From a bacterium (GTDB lineage Bacteria > Vulcanimicrobiota > Xenobia > Xenobiales > Xenobiaceae), in the NCBI GenBank assembly GCA_022839105.1, contig JALHDH010000009.1, positions 4,573 to 68,572 of the forward strand: a DNA stretch of 64,000 nt, written 5' to 3'. A model generated the notes under the pieces. The model was not told the DNA's origin, did not search any database, and saw only the letters and a list, made by a program, of their open reading frames with translations. Shown here one piece after another: positions 33,891-44,300 of the stretch (position 1 is its first letter; the number at the start of each line of letters is the position of its first letter). Both the position numbers and the translations under genes were made by a program.

Positions 33891-35051
33891 TCAACCTCCC
33901 GCGCCTGGTGCGAGCGGAACCTCCGTCCGAGGCGATCCGTCCGCATGGCGGTGGATCTCCCGGAGTCGGAGCTGCCCGCAGGCAGCGTCGATATCGGAGC
34001 CCTTCTCACGCCGCACGGTGCAGCGCAGTCCCCCCTGCTGGACTCGATCCTGGAAGGCCTGCACCCGGCTCTTCGAGCTCCGGCGGAAGAACGGGTGATC
34101 GACGGGGTTCCAGGGGATCAGGTTGACCAGGGAGCGGATCCCGCCCAGCAACTCCACCAGCCGGTCCGCCTCCTCCAGCGAATCGTTGACCCCCTCGAGC
34201 ATGACGTATTCGAAGGTCATCCGTCGCCCCGTGGCGGCCTGATAGTCCCGGCATGCCGCCAGCAGTTCCTGGATCTTCCAGCGCCGGTTGACGGGCATGA
34301 GGCGATCCCTGAGATCGTCCCGGGTGGCGTGCAGGGAGACGGCCAGCTTCAGGGGCAGCCTCTTCTCGGCCAGACGACGGATCGCGGGGACCACCCCTGA
34401 GGTCGAGATGGCGATGTGGCGCATCCCGATTCCCAGGCCATCCCCGTGGTTGAGGATGCGGATGGCCCGCAGGAGGTTTCGGAAGTTGTGCAGGGGCTCA
34501 CCGATGCCCATGAAGACGACATTGGCCACCCGTTCTCCGCGAGGATCGACCAGACGCTGGATCGCCAGGACCTGATCCACCATCTCCCAGGCCTGGAGAT
34601 TGCGCAGCAGGCCCGACTTGCCCGAAGCGCAGAACTCGCATCCCATCGCGCACCCCACCTGGCTGGAAAGGCAGACCGCCAGACGTCCAGGCCCGAGATG
34701 TTCCAGGTAGCGCATCCGCACGCTCTCGATGGGGTTGCCGTCGGGAAGGGTGAAGAGGAACTTGGTGGTATCCTGGAGCGACTCCTCAGGGGAAGCCAGA
34801 TGAAGGGTCGGGAGGGCGGCCACCTCCTCCAGGACCTGGCGGAAGGCCCGGGAGAGGTCCGTCATCTCGGCAAAGGACCCGGCCCTGCGGACGTACAGCC
34901 AGCGGACCAGTTGTCGGGCCCGATAGGGCGACTCTCCCAGGAGGCGCACGAAGGCCTCGAGTTCGGAAGGCAGGAGCTCCTTGAGGTTCACCTTCCCGCC
35001 ATGGAGGCGATCCGGGAAGCTGCGGACCAGTTCCTCCGGGCAGCCGGACAT
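33891..35051 (-). CDS. rlmN: 23S rRNA/tRNA adenine-C2 methyltransferase RlmN (radical SAM)
   Basis: CLSSQVGCAMGCEFCASG (CxxxCxxC), NVVFMGIGEPL, SLHA, and the C-terminal GSDIDAACGQL. Confidence 0.95.
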   Translation of the reverse strand: MSGCPEELVRSFPDRLHGGKVNLKELLPSELEAFVRLLGESPYRARQLVRWLYVRRAGSFAEMTDLSRAFRQVLEEVAALPTLHLASPEESLQDTTKFLFTLPDGNPIESVRMRYLEHLGPGRLAVCLSSQVGCAMGCEFCASGKSGLLRNLQAWEMVDQVLAIQRLVDPRGERVANVVFMGIGEPLHNFRNLLRAIRILNHGDGLGIGMRHIAISTSGVVPAIRRLAEKRLPLKLAVSLHATRDDLRDRLMPVNRRWKIQELLAACRDYQAATGRRMTFEYVMLEGVNDSLEEADRLVELLGGIRSLVNLIPWNPVDHPFFRRSSKSRVQAFQDRVQQGGLRCTVRREKGSDIDAACGQLRLREIHRHADGSPRTEVPLAPGAGG

Positions 35052-35617
35052 CAGAAGAGGTCCATCCCCGCGATCTGCCAGCTGCCCTCGATCTGACGCA
35101 TCACGAAGCGGCCCAGACGCAGGCGGATGGTGGCAGAGGTGCCGTCGGTGTCCTCGAAGGTCATGGCCTCGGTGCCGATGATGGGCACGCTGGACAGAAC
35201 CTCCACCGTCCCATCCGGAAGGGACTTGAACTCTGCGAAACCGGACTGGAAGTCCTGCAGTCGATAGTCCTCGTGACGGAAGATGTCCTCGTGGAAGGCC
35301 CGGAAGGCGTCCCGAATCTCCTGGTCCGCCCCGACTTTTTCGGGGTGGCGGGCCTGGTATTCCCCAGCCGTGGCCTCGATGGCCAGGTGGATCCGCCCCA
35401 GGACGCCCTCCAGGTCCCGGGCTTCGTAGGCGGCATGCAGACCTTCCAGGACCTCCAGGATGGCGGCCTGTGCCTCGTCATCCAGCGCGGCTTCCTCGCG
35501 GATCGAGGGAGCCGAGGCTTCACCTGAGGCGGAACCCCGAGCCGGATCTTCGGTCCGATCACAACCGGCAACCAGGAGGAACGCGGCCAGCAGGGCCACG
35601 GCGCAGCGGAGAAGCAT
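35051..35617 (-). CDS. Lipoprotein, possibly NTF2/SnoaL-like fold, hypothetical
   Basis: Lipobox LLVAGC. The stop overlaps the rlmN ATG by 1 nt (TGATG). Confidence 0.6.
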   Translation of the reverse strand: MLLRCAVALLAAFLLVAGCDRTEDPARGSASGEASAPSIREEAALDDEAQAAILEVLEGLHAAYEARDLEGVLGRIHLAIEATAGEYQARHPEKVGADQEIRDAFRAFHEDIFRHEDYRLQDFQSGFAEFKSLPDGTVEVLSSVPIIGTEAMTFEDTDGTSATIRLRLGRFVMRQIEGSWQIAGMDLF

Positions 35618-35665
35618 CGGGGTTCCTTTCAGGGCATCAGGAGGCCCGCAGCAGGGCTCTGGGTG

Positions 35666-35674
35666 ATTATACCA
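35666..35674 (-). promoter_or_regulatory. Extended -10 promoter TGGTATAAT upstream of the lipoprotein-rlmN-fhaA unit
   Basis: A perfect TGnTATAAT on the minus strand in the 102-nt fmt/lipoprotein spacer, about 48 nt before ATG 35617. Such an AT hexamer is conspicuous in this GC-rich DNA. Confidence 0.5.
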
Positions 35675-35719
35675 CCGCGAGCAAGCCGCCCTGACAGGCC
35701 CATCCCGGACGAACCCTCC

Positions 35720-36649
35720 TCAGCCGCTTCCGAAGCTCTCTCCGAGCTGCACCCGACGCCCCTGGACGAAGGCCCAGCCATCCATCCAGCCCTTCCCGGC
35801 GGGCTTGAGCTCCTTGAGGAGGATCGCTCCCTGGCCGGTGGCGACCACGGGGCCCAAGCCCCTCTCCAGGGCCACCACCGTCCCGGGTTCGGCCTCGGCC
35901 CCGGGACAGAGCTCCGCGCGCCCGAGCTTGACGGGTTCCCCTCGCCAGGAGGTCGAGGCCGCGGGATCGTGGGCCAGGGCGCGCAGGAAGTCCCGGACCC
36001 TCGAGGCGGGCAGGGACCAGTCCACGAGCAGATCCTCCTTGCGCAGGGGCCGGGTATAATCGCCTTCCGGCGGCTGGGGTGTGGCCGACAGGGTCCCGTC
36101 ATGCAGGCCCCGGACGGTCTGGACCAGCACCTCTCCCCCCTGCACGGCCAGGCGTTCGGCCAGTTGCTGACCGGTCTCCTCGGGGCCGATCGGGACCCTC
36201 ACCTGCATCAGGAGGTCTCCCGTATCGTAGCCCTCGTCCATCAGGAAGGTGGTCAGGCCGGTCTCGGAGTCCCCGTTCATCAGGGCGGCCTGGATGGGAA
36301 TCGCGCCGCGATAGCGTGGCAGCAGCGAGGGGTGCAGGTTGATGCAGCCCAGGCGGGGCAATTCCAGGATTGCCGGAGGAATCAACCGCGAGTAGGCGGC
36401 CACCAGGATGATGTCCGGCGAGAGCCGGGTCAATTCCTCGAGAAAGCCGGGGTCCCGAACCCGGGCCGGCTGGAGGACCTTCAAGCCCAGGTCCAGGGCC
36501 CGGGCCTTGACCGGGGTCGGCGCCACCTTCAGCCCGCGGCCCCGGGGACGATCCGGCTGGCTGACGACGGCCAGCACTTCGAAGTCGGCAGCCAGCGCCT
36601 CCAGGGAGGGGACGGCAAACCGGGGAGTGCCCATGAAAACGACGCGCAT
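35720..36649 (-). CDS. fmt: Methionyl-tRNA formyltransferase
   Basis: MRVVFMGTPRFAVPSLEAL, VVSQPDRPRGRG, NLHPSLLPRYRGAIPIQ. Confidence 0.95.
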   Translation of the reverse strand: MRVVFMGTPRFAVPSLEALAADFEVLAVVSQPDRPRGRGLKVAPTPVKARALDLGLKVLQPARVRDPGFLEELTRLSPDIILVAAYSRLIPPAILELPRLGCINLHPSLLPRYRGAIPIQAALMNGDSETGLTTFLMDEGYDTGDLLMQVRVPIGPEETGQQLAERLAVQGGEVLVQTVRGLHDGTLSATPQPPEGDYTRPLRKEDLLVDWSLPASRVRDFLRALAHDPAASTSWRGEPVKLGRAELCPGAEAEPGTVVALERGLGPVVATGQGAILLKELKPAGKGWMDGWAFVQGRRVQLGESFGSG

Positions 36650-36729
36650 CGGAGCCTCCGGTGTGGGGATGCCGGCGGCTTCGCGTCCGGGCTCCGAGGC
36701 CCTCCCCCCACGAAGCCCTGCAGGGTCGA

Positions 36730-37245
36730 TCAGACCTGCTGGCCGGGCAGTGGCCCCTCCTCGGAGGCCATCTCGGAATCCTCCTCCGGAGTCACCTGAC
36801 GCACGTCGCTCGCCTTGTCGGTGAAGAGCACCCCGTCGAGGTGATCCACCTCGTGCTGGAAGACCCGGGCCAGGAGGCCCTGAGCCTGAAGCTTGAGAGG
36901 ACGGCCCTGCTCATCCAGGCCCCGGACCAGGACCTCGAGGGATCGCCAGACATCCCCCTGGACCCCGGGAATCGAGAGGCAGCCTTCGGTGGCCAGCTCC
37001 TCCTCCTCGCCGAGCAGGGTGAGCTTGGGATTGACCACGCAGATCGGTCCATCCCCGATATCGACCACGATGGCTCTCTGGGAGATTCCCACCTGGGGCG
37101 CCGCCAGACCGATCCCCTGGGAGGCGTACATGGTCTCCACCATGTCTTCGAGCAATCGGCGGATCCGCGCATCGACCTGGGCGACGGGGCGCGCCTTCTG
37201 ACGCAGGATGGGGGCCGGGACGAGCTTGAGTTCCAGGGTGGCCAA
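36730..37245 (-). CDS. def: Peptide deformylase
   Basis: GIGLAAPQ, EGCLS and QHEVDHLDG motifs. A TTG start at 37245, 2 nt after the upstream stop, gives a typical 171-aa protein. ORF 36730..37428 continues upstream, overlapping the 3' end of the neighbouring upstream gene in another frame. Confidence 0.9.
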   Translation of the reverse strand: MATLELKLVPAPILRQKARPVAQVDARIRRLLEDMVETMYASQGIGLAAPQVGISQRAIVVDIGDGPICVVNPKLTLLGEEEELATEGCLSIPGVQGDVWRSLEVLVRGLDEQGRPLKLQAQGLLARVFQHEVDHLDGVLFTDKASDVRQVTPEEDSEMASEEGPLPGQQV

Positions 37246-37247
37246 GA

Positions 37248-38147
37248 CTATCGCCCCCCGCCGTCCTGCCCCTCGGGAGGGGCTTCCTTCTCGGGTTCCG
37301 ACTGGAGTTGATGCTCGACGATCACCTTGGGGGTGACCTGGATCCGGTTGTAGTTGTACCAGACGGGAGGCTCGGGCGTGAAGTCCACCTGCGCGCCGGG
37401 ACGCATCAGGCCGATCGGGTGGGTCCATTCGTGGACGACTTCGTTGGCCAGGTTCATCAGGCGCAGATGCAGGGTGACCTTCTCCAAGGGCTTGTCCGAA
37501 CCGTTCCGGATGCTGGTCGAGGTCCGGACCTCACCCACGAAGCTGGTCCCGGGGGTGGTGCTGTCCGAAAAGTCGGTCTTGAGGATCTGGATCGGCGAGA
37601 GGCGGTTCGTCCCGTCGGTCTCGACCATCCCGGGGGCCTTCGAGCCGTCCGAGGCGGGCTTGCCCGGCTCGGAGGCGGCGCTCCCGCCAGGGGAGGCCGG
37701 GGCGTCCGAGGCGGCAGGCGTCTGGCTGACCTGGATCCGGGATACCGGAACATTGAGGTCCGCCATTCCCAGGGCCGGCATCGGACGATAGGACAGGCCC
37801 ATCACCCGGGCCAGATCGACCAGGGAGACGAAGCCACGGCCCTGGACTTCGACCAGGGAGAGGGCCAGGGGCTTCCCGTCCAGGCTCAACTGCAGATCGG
37901 AGCCGACCAGGGCCGGGCCTCCGCCGGAACGGCGGGAGATATCGACCCGGGTGCCGTCCAATGTCCAGGAATACCCGATGGCCTGGAGGAGGGTTCCCAG
38001 TTCCGCGTGCAACTGCCCGCCCCGGGTCACGGTCGCCCCCTGGAAGGGGCGATTCTTCACATACAGCTCCAGGTCGGCTGCCTGGACCGCCGTCCCGAAG
38101 ACGAGGAGCGCCAGGGCCAGGACCAGGGCTCGAAGTTTCCAGTTCAT
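37248..38147 (-). CDS. Secreted hypothetical protein
   Basis: ATG at 38147 is preceded by GAGGAGGG. Signal peptide MNWKLRALVLALALLVFGTAVQA. Ser/Pro/Ala-rich central linker. No family recognised. Confidence 0.6.
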   Translation of the reverse strand: MNWKLRALVLALALLVFGTAVQAADLELYVKNRPFQGATVTRGGQLHAELGTLLQAIGYSWTLDGTRVDISRRSGGGPALVGSDLQLSLDGKPLALSLVEVQGRGFVSLVDLARVMGLSYRPMPALGMADLNVPVSRIQVSQTPAASDAPASPGGSAASEPGKPASDGSKAPGMVETDGTNRLSPIQILKTDFSDSTTPGTSFVGEVRTSTSIRNGSDKPLEKVTLHLRLMNLANEVVHEWTHPIGLMRPGAQVDFTPEPPVWYNYNRIQVTPKVIVEHQLQSEPEKEAPPEGQDGGGR

Positions 38148-38225
38148 AGAATCCCTCCTCATACTTCCCCTTGCGGTGAGAGGCCTCGGGGAGGGAGGAA
38201 GTTTCCCTCCTGGGGCAAGACCCGG

Positions 38226-40223
38226 CTACATCAGGCTCTGGGGGTCCGGATCCGCAAAGACGTGGAAATCGGGGCCCTCCGGAGGCCGCAGATAGTTCCG
38301 CACGCCATCCATCAGTTCCTGCACTTTCGGCCCCTTCAACAGCAGGTGCCAGCGATGACGGCCCCGCAGACGCTCGACCGGACAGGGGGCCGGACCGACG
38401 ACCCTGGCCTGGCGCAGATGAGCTGAGAGGCTCCTGCCGATCCGGATGGCCTCCGCCTCGGCGCGGTCCGGATCGGGATGCGTGAGCAGCACCCGGACCA
38501 GTCGGCAGAAGGGGGGATAGAGAGCCTCCTTCCGGATGGCCATCTCGCTGTGGAACATCGCCTTGTAGTCGTGGGTCGCAGCGGCCAGCAGACAGGGATG
38601 CTCGGGGTCCATGGCCTGGAGGAGGACCTCGCCGGGGCGCTCTCCCCGGCCCGCGCGCCCCGCAACCTGGGCCAGCAACTGGAAGGTCCGCTCGGCAGCC
38701 CGGAAATCCGGCATGTGCAGCTCGGCATCAGCCCGGACGACGCCCACCAGGGTGACCGAGGGGAAGTCCAGTCCCTTGGCGATCATGCGGGTGCCCACCA
38801 GGACCCGGGCCTGACCGCTGCCAAAGCGCTCGAGAAGCCTGCGGTGGGCCCCGGCCCCCGAGGTGGTGTCGCTGTCCATCCGGACCACCGGGACTCCCGG
38901 CACGAGTTCCTGGACCTCCGCCTCCAGGCGCTCGGTTCCGGCGCCACCGGTCCGGAAGCGGCTTCCCTGGCAGCCCGGACACACTTCGGGGGGAGGCTCC
39001 TGGTGCAGGCAATAGTGGCATCGCACCAGGCCCCGAGCCCGATGCCAGGTCAAGGAGATGCTGCACTCCGGGCAGGTGGGCACGAAGCCGCACTCCTGGC
39101 ACTGGAGGAAGCTGGCGAATCCCCGACGATTCAGGAGCAGGACCACCTGCTCGTCCTGGGCGATCCGATCCCGAAGGGCCTCCCCGAGATCCGGCGAGAG
39201 AAGGCGTCCCCTTCTCAGATGGGCTCGCATGTCGACGATCCGGACCGAGGGCAACGGCCTGCCACCGGGCCGGCCGGGCAACTCGATCAGACGGAACCTC
39301 CCCTGCCGGGCCAGGTGATAGGATTCCAGCGAGGGCGTGGCGCTGCCGAGCACGACGCCGGCCCCCACCTGGGCTGCCCTCTGGAAGGCCACCTGCCGGG
39401 CATGATAGCGGGGAGCCCCTTCCTGCTTGTAGGAGGTTTCGTGCTCTTCATCGACCACGAAGAGGCCGGGCCGCTCCAGAGGCGCGAAGACCGCCGAACG
39501 GGTCCCCAGGGCCACGTTGAGGTCCCCCCGCCGCAGGCTCCACCACTGCTCGCGTCGCTCGAGATCGGGAAGGCCGGAATGCAGGACTCCGACCGTGCCC
39601 CCCAGCCTCCCCCGATAACGCTCGACCGCCTGTGGGGTCAAGGCCAGCTCCGGAACCAGCACCACGGCCTGGCGGCCCTCTTCGAGCACCTCCTGGACGG
39701 CGCGCAGGTACACCTCGGTCTTGCCGCTCCCGGTCACCCCGTGCAGCAGGACCGTCCCCCCGACGGCGCGAGCTTCCCGAATCGCCTCCAGGGCCAGTTC
39801 CTGGGCCCGGTTCGGGGCGATCTCGGGGTAGGCCGCAACCGGTTCGGCGGGCGGAAGGGAACGTGTCCGGGAACGGCGGGTCGCGGCCCGGGCCGCGCGC
39901 GCCCGCCGGAGCACGGGGCCGGGAACGGCCGACTGAAGGGATTCGAGCCAGGTGCAACCGTAGAATCGACGCATCCAATCGGCCAGACCCAGGAGATCCT
40001 GACCCCAGAAGGGCGTGGGGTCCAGGACCCTCAGGAGCGGCCGGAGATGATGCGAGAGGGCCTCGGCCCCCGGGTCATGGAGGATCTCCAGCACGAAGCC
40101 GACCAGGCGGCGGGGTCCGAAGGGGACCTCGACGGTGCTTCCGACCTGGACCCCTCCCTGAAGCTCCGGGGGGATTCCATAGGTGAAGGGGCGATTCAGG
40201 GCCCGTGCGGTGACCTCCACCAC
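38226..40223 (-). CDS. priA: Primosomal protein N' (replication restart helicase PriA)
   Basis: LHGVTGSGKTEVY (Walker A), VVDEEHE (DExH), and Cys4 zinc fingers CQECG..CPEC / CHYC..CPGC. Confidence 0.95.
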   Translation of the reverse strand: MVEVTARALNRPFTYGIPPELQGGVQVGSTVEVPFGPRRLVGFVLEILHDPGAEALSHHLRPLLRVLDPTPFWGQDLLGLADWMRRFYGCTWLESLQSAVPGPVLRRARAARAATRRSRTRSLPPAEPVAAYPEIAPNRAQELALEAIREARAVGGTVLLHGVTGSGKTEVYLRAVQEVLEEGRQAVVLVPELALTPQAVERYRGRLGGTVGVLHSGLPDLERREQWWSLRRGDLNVALGTRSAVFAPLERPGLFVVDEEHETSYKQEGAPRYHARQVAFQRAAQVGAGVVLGSATPSLESYHLARQGRFRLIELPGRPGGRPLPSVRIVDMRAHLRRGRLLSPDLGEALRDRIAQDEQVVLLLNRRGFASFLQCQECGFVPTCPECSISLTWHRARGLVRCHYCLHQEPPPEVCPGCQGSRFRTGGAGTERLEAEVQELVPGVPVVRMDSDTTSGAGAHRRLLERFGSGQARVLVGTRMIAKGLDFPSVTLVGVVRADAELHMPDFRAAERTFQLLAQVAGRAGRGERPGEVLLQAMDPEHPCLLAAATHDYKAMFHSEMAIRKEALYPPFCRLVRVLLTHPDPDRAEAEAIRIGRSLSAHLRQARVVGPAPCPVERLRGRHRWHLLLKGPKVQELMDGVRNYLRPPEGPDFHVFADPDPQSLM

Positions 40224-40266
40224 GACCCGTGCATACAGACTGTAGGAGGCAGGCTCGTCCGCGACC

Positions 40267-41190
40267 TCAACCCTCCTCGGGGGCCACCAGGAAAGCCTGG
40301 TTGAAGCCGTCCTTCTTCAGGGCCTCCAGGGCGGCCTGGGCACCCGGACGATCCGGGTAGGAGCCCACGTAGACCCGGAAGAGGTTGACTCCGTTGCGCG
40401 TGGAGTGCTCGATCCGGGAATCATGCCCCTTGGTCTTGAGCTGGCTGACCTGCTCCTGGGCGTTGGCCAGTTCGGCAAAGGAGCCGACCTGGACCCGCCA
40501 GGTGGTGACCCGCGGTGCCGAGGAGGGCGTGCGGGCCGGCGCCGGAGTGGAGGCGGCTCCGGAGGGGGCCCCGGCCGCCGGTGTGCGGATCGCGGCCGGA
40601 CGGATCGGCTGCCCGGAGCCGGTGGACGGCGACGGCGAGGCCGCAGGCGAAGTCGAGGGGGACGGTGAGGGCGAAGGCGACGAGGCCGGTTCGGGCTCCG
40701 GTTCCGACCCGGCCGGGCGCGACGGGGCCTCGGGAGCCAGCATCTCCTCGGCCCGGGAAAGGACGTCCTCCGCCGAACGTCGGGCGCGGACGATCCGGTC
40801 CAGGCGATAGACCACCTTGCGGGGGAGCCGGTCCTCGAGCTCGACGATCCCCACGAAGAGGAGATCCTCTGCCAGGATGTTCAGCCTCTTCTCGCAGTAC
40901 TGCCTCTCGCGCGGCTGATTGAAGTGGTAGGAATAGACCTGCAGGGTGCGGGCATGGGGGAAGCGATCCTTGCCCGCCTCCCCCTCGGTCTTCGCGGTCA
41001 GCAGACGGGTCATCTCGGCGATCAGGGCCTTCTCCTCGCGAAGCATGGCGGCATTGGCCTCGTCGCCGACGATCAGGATCGCCAGGCTGGGGGTCGTCTC
41101 CCGGGACTTCTCCTCGGCCCGGAGTCCGACGGCCGACGCCAGCAAGACCACGCCCAGGCCAAGCACCAGGGCCAGAACCCGATACCCCAT
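40267..41190 (-). CDS. SPOR-domain (peptidoglycan-binding) membrane-anchored protein
   Basis: N-terminal TM MGYRVLALVLGLGVVLLASAV, a Pro/Ser-rich linker, and a C-terminal SPOR (WRVQVGSFAELANAQEQVSQLK...FRVYVGSY.DRPGAQAALEALKKDGF). ATG at 41190. Confidence 0.8.
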   Translation of the reverse strand: MGYRVLALVLGLGVVLLASAVGLRAEEKSRETTPSLAILIVGDEANAAMLREEKALIAEMTRLLTAKTEGEAGKDRFPHARTLQVYSYHFNQPRERQYCEKRLNILAEDLLFVGIVELEDRLPRKVVYRLDRIVRARRSAEDVLSRAEEMLAPEAPSRPAGSEPEPEPASSPSPSPSPSTSPAASPSPSTGSGQPIRPAAIRTPAAGAPSGAASTPAPARTPSSAPRVTTWRVQVGSFAELANAQEQVSQLKTKGHDSRIEHSTRNGVNLFRVYVGSYPDRPGAQAALEALKKDGFNQAFLVAPEEG

Positions 41191-41344
41191 CCGCAAAGAA
41201 CCATACCTCCCGCCTGATCGGACGGTTCTGGACCGTCCTGCTGCCTCCCCGACCGACCCGGAATGCCCCCGGGCCACCGGTGGGAAGGCGCAAATTTCCT
41301 GGCCACGGCCCCGAGTCCTGCCTGGACCGCCGGCACGGGCGAGC

Positions 41345-44300
41345 CTACTCGTGAAGCACCGACAGGCGTCCGGCCATCTTGCGCAGGCGCGGGACCTCTT
41401 CCTCCGGGGCCAGCTCCATGGCCTTCTGGAAGGCCCTGGCGGCTTCATCCATCTGCGCCAGGCTGGCGCAGGCCTTGCCGAGATCCGCGTGGATCCGCCA
41501 GTCGTGGTGCATGGTCTCGAGCGCCTTGCGATAGGACCAGGCCGCCTCGCCGAAGAGATCCTGGCGGAACTGGACGCGTCCGGTCAACCAGAGGAAGTAG
41601 CCTTCCTGATCGGGGAAGATCTGGGCCGCGCGGCGGAAGACGTCGACGGCATCCTGGAATCGTCCGGCCTTGCGCAGCACCCGACCCATCTCTTCGTGGA
41701 GTTCGGGCCGACGCGGGTCGTCCTGAAGGGCCTCCTGCATCAGGGTCACGGCGTTTCCCCAGTGCCCCTGCAGCCCCTGAATCCGGGCCTGGGTGATCCT
41801 CAGCTCGCTGCTGCGGGGTTCGGCCTCCAAGGCCCGATCCAGCCAGCGCTGGGCCCTGGCATAATCCTTGCGGGCGACGGCCACCTGGGCCAGACCGTGA
41901 AGCGCCCGGGCGTCCTGGGGATTGCGCTGCAGGGCGGCCTGGAAGACCTCCGCGGCCCGAGCCGGATTGTTGTTGGCCAGGTACGAGCGCCCCATGTCCA
42001 CATAGGCCTCGCCCAGCATCCGCGTCTTCTCCTGGTTGCCCACCCGGGCCAGGAACTTGCGGAAGGACTCGACGGCCCGTTCATGTCGGCCGGCCTGGGC
42101 ATAGGCCCGGGCCATCGAGAGATGCAGCAGGTACAGGTCCGGATCCAGGTCCAGGGCGCGCTCGTACTCGGCGATGGCCAGGTTGGTCAGGCCCTGCCGG
42201 GCCAGGGCCTGACCCAGCATGCCGTGGGCCTGGGCATCCGCCGGAGCCAGTTCCAGGCTGCGCTTGAGATCCCGGACGGCCTCCTCGTAGTCTCCCTGCT
42301 CGACGTGGAGCATTCCCAGGGCCTTGGGATAGCTGGCATTGGTGTAGTCGAGTCGGGACGCCTTGGAGAGTTCGTGGATCGCCGAAGGAAGCTGACCCGA
42401 GCAGTAGTAGGCCATGGCCAGATCCTCGCGGAACTCGGGATTCACCGGATGCAGCTCGACGGCCTTGCGATAGGCCTGGACCGACTGTTCGTCATAGCGC
42501 TTCTTGAGGTAGATCCGACCGAGCCGATGATGCAGCTCGGCACTGGCGGGATCCAGCTTGACGACCTCTTCGAAATGGCGCAGGGCGTCGTCGAGCCGAC
42601 CCGAGCGCATGTGCAGTTCCCCCAACTGCCGGTGGATCTGCAGATCCCGAGGGTGGAACTCCAGGGCCTTGTCCAGGCGACGGACCGCCTCGGAGGTGCT
42701 TCCGTGGCGTTCCAGGAGTTGGGCCAGGCGCAGCGAGGCGTCCCGGTTGCCTCGATCCAGTTCCAGGGCCTCCTGGAGCTCCTGCGCTGCCAGGTGATCC
42801 TGGTTCTGGGCCTGGTAGATGGCCGCCAGCTCGGCCCGCAACGAGGCATCCCTCGTGTCGAGCTGGATGGCCATCCGCAGGGCCTGCTGGGCGTGGGAGT
42901 AGCGCCTCCGACGCGCGTAGAGCCGGGCCAGCAGGCTGTGGGCATGGGGATCCCGGGGGTCCAGCAGACAGGCCTGTTCCAGGAAGGGGATCGCCTCATC
43001 CAGGCGATCCGAGGCCGCCAGGATCAGCCCCAACTGGCGATTGGCCTCGAGATGCTCGGGTTGATGGGCGATCGCCTGGTGATACTGGTCGATCGCCGCG
43101 TCGATCCGGCCATGCTCGTGATACAGGAAGGCCAGACGGCAGCGGGTGTTGGAGTCGGCAGGATCCCGATCCAGGGCCGCGTGCAGGGTGGAGAGGACCT
43201 GATCGGGCTGCTCGGTCCTCTGGAAGAAATCGGCCAGACCCAGGTAGGGGTCGGCGCTGTCCTCCATGAGCTCCACGGCCCGTTCCAGGCTCTCGCGGGC
43301 CCGACCGAACTCCTCGGTCTCCAGGTAGGCCCGCCCCAGGTACAGGTGGGCCTCGCCCAGCTCCTCGTCCCTGGAGAGGGCCTGCAGGAACTCGAAGATG
43401 GCCTCCTTGTAGCGCCCGTTGCGGTACAGGCCGAGCCCGGACTCCATGTGGGTCCGGGCTTCCCGGTCCACCACGAAGTGCGAGGGGGACAAGACCTCCC
43501 CGCACTCGACGCAGAGCTTGCGTTCGGAGGGGTTCTCGGCTCCGCAGCGGGCGCAGACGGTCCGGTTGACCTCGGGGCGCTCGGCCAGAAGGCGGCTCTG
43601 CTGGGCCTCGTCATCGCGCAGCCGATCCATCAACTGGTCGATCCGCCCGGTGACCTGCTCCTGGCGGACGTTGGCCATCCAGGAGCTGCTGGCGATCCCA
43701 CCGGTGGGGCCCTGGATGAAGGGATGGTAGGTCGAACTGGTCTGGGGCGCCGAGGGCGCGGCAGTTGGAGCCGGCGGGGCCTCCGACGCGGTGGCTCCAG
43801 CCACCGGGTAGCCCAGGGCCTCCGAGACGGGGTCCCGTTCGGCCGGGCGCGGCGGAGGAGGCGGGGAAGCCTCGATCGGCGCCCTGGGCAAGGCGATCGC
43901 CAGCGGAGGCGCCGCCGGCGAGAAGGCCCGGGGAGGTGGCTTGGGGGGCTCGACGGGAGCCTCGGCCCGGGTCGCCTCCAGCGGAGCCCTCAAGGCCGGA
44001 CCGGGGGCGGGGAAGACCGGGGTCGGAGGAGGTGGAGGGATCGAAGTCGGGGCCTTCCAGGAGGCAGGCTCCAGGGTGACCGGAGGAGAGGAAGGGGCCT
44101 CGAAGGCGGGCGGGCCGGAGCCGGGCAACTCGACGTGCAGGCTGGAGCGCTTCAGGAAGTGCTCGAAGTCGGCGATGAACTCACCCAGGCCCTGATAGCG
44201 ATCCTCGGGATCCTTGCGCAAGGAGCGCAGGATGATCATCTCCAGGGAGAGAGGGACCGAAGAGTTGAAGTCGCGCGGCGAAGGGGGTGGGGCCTCGGCC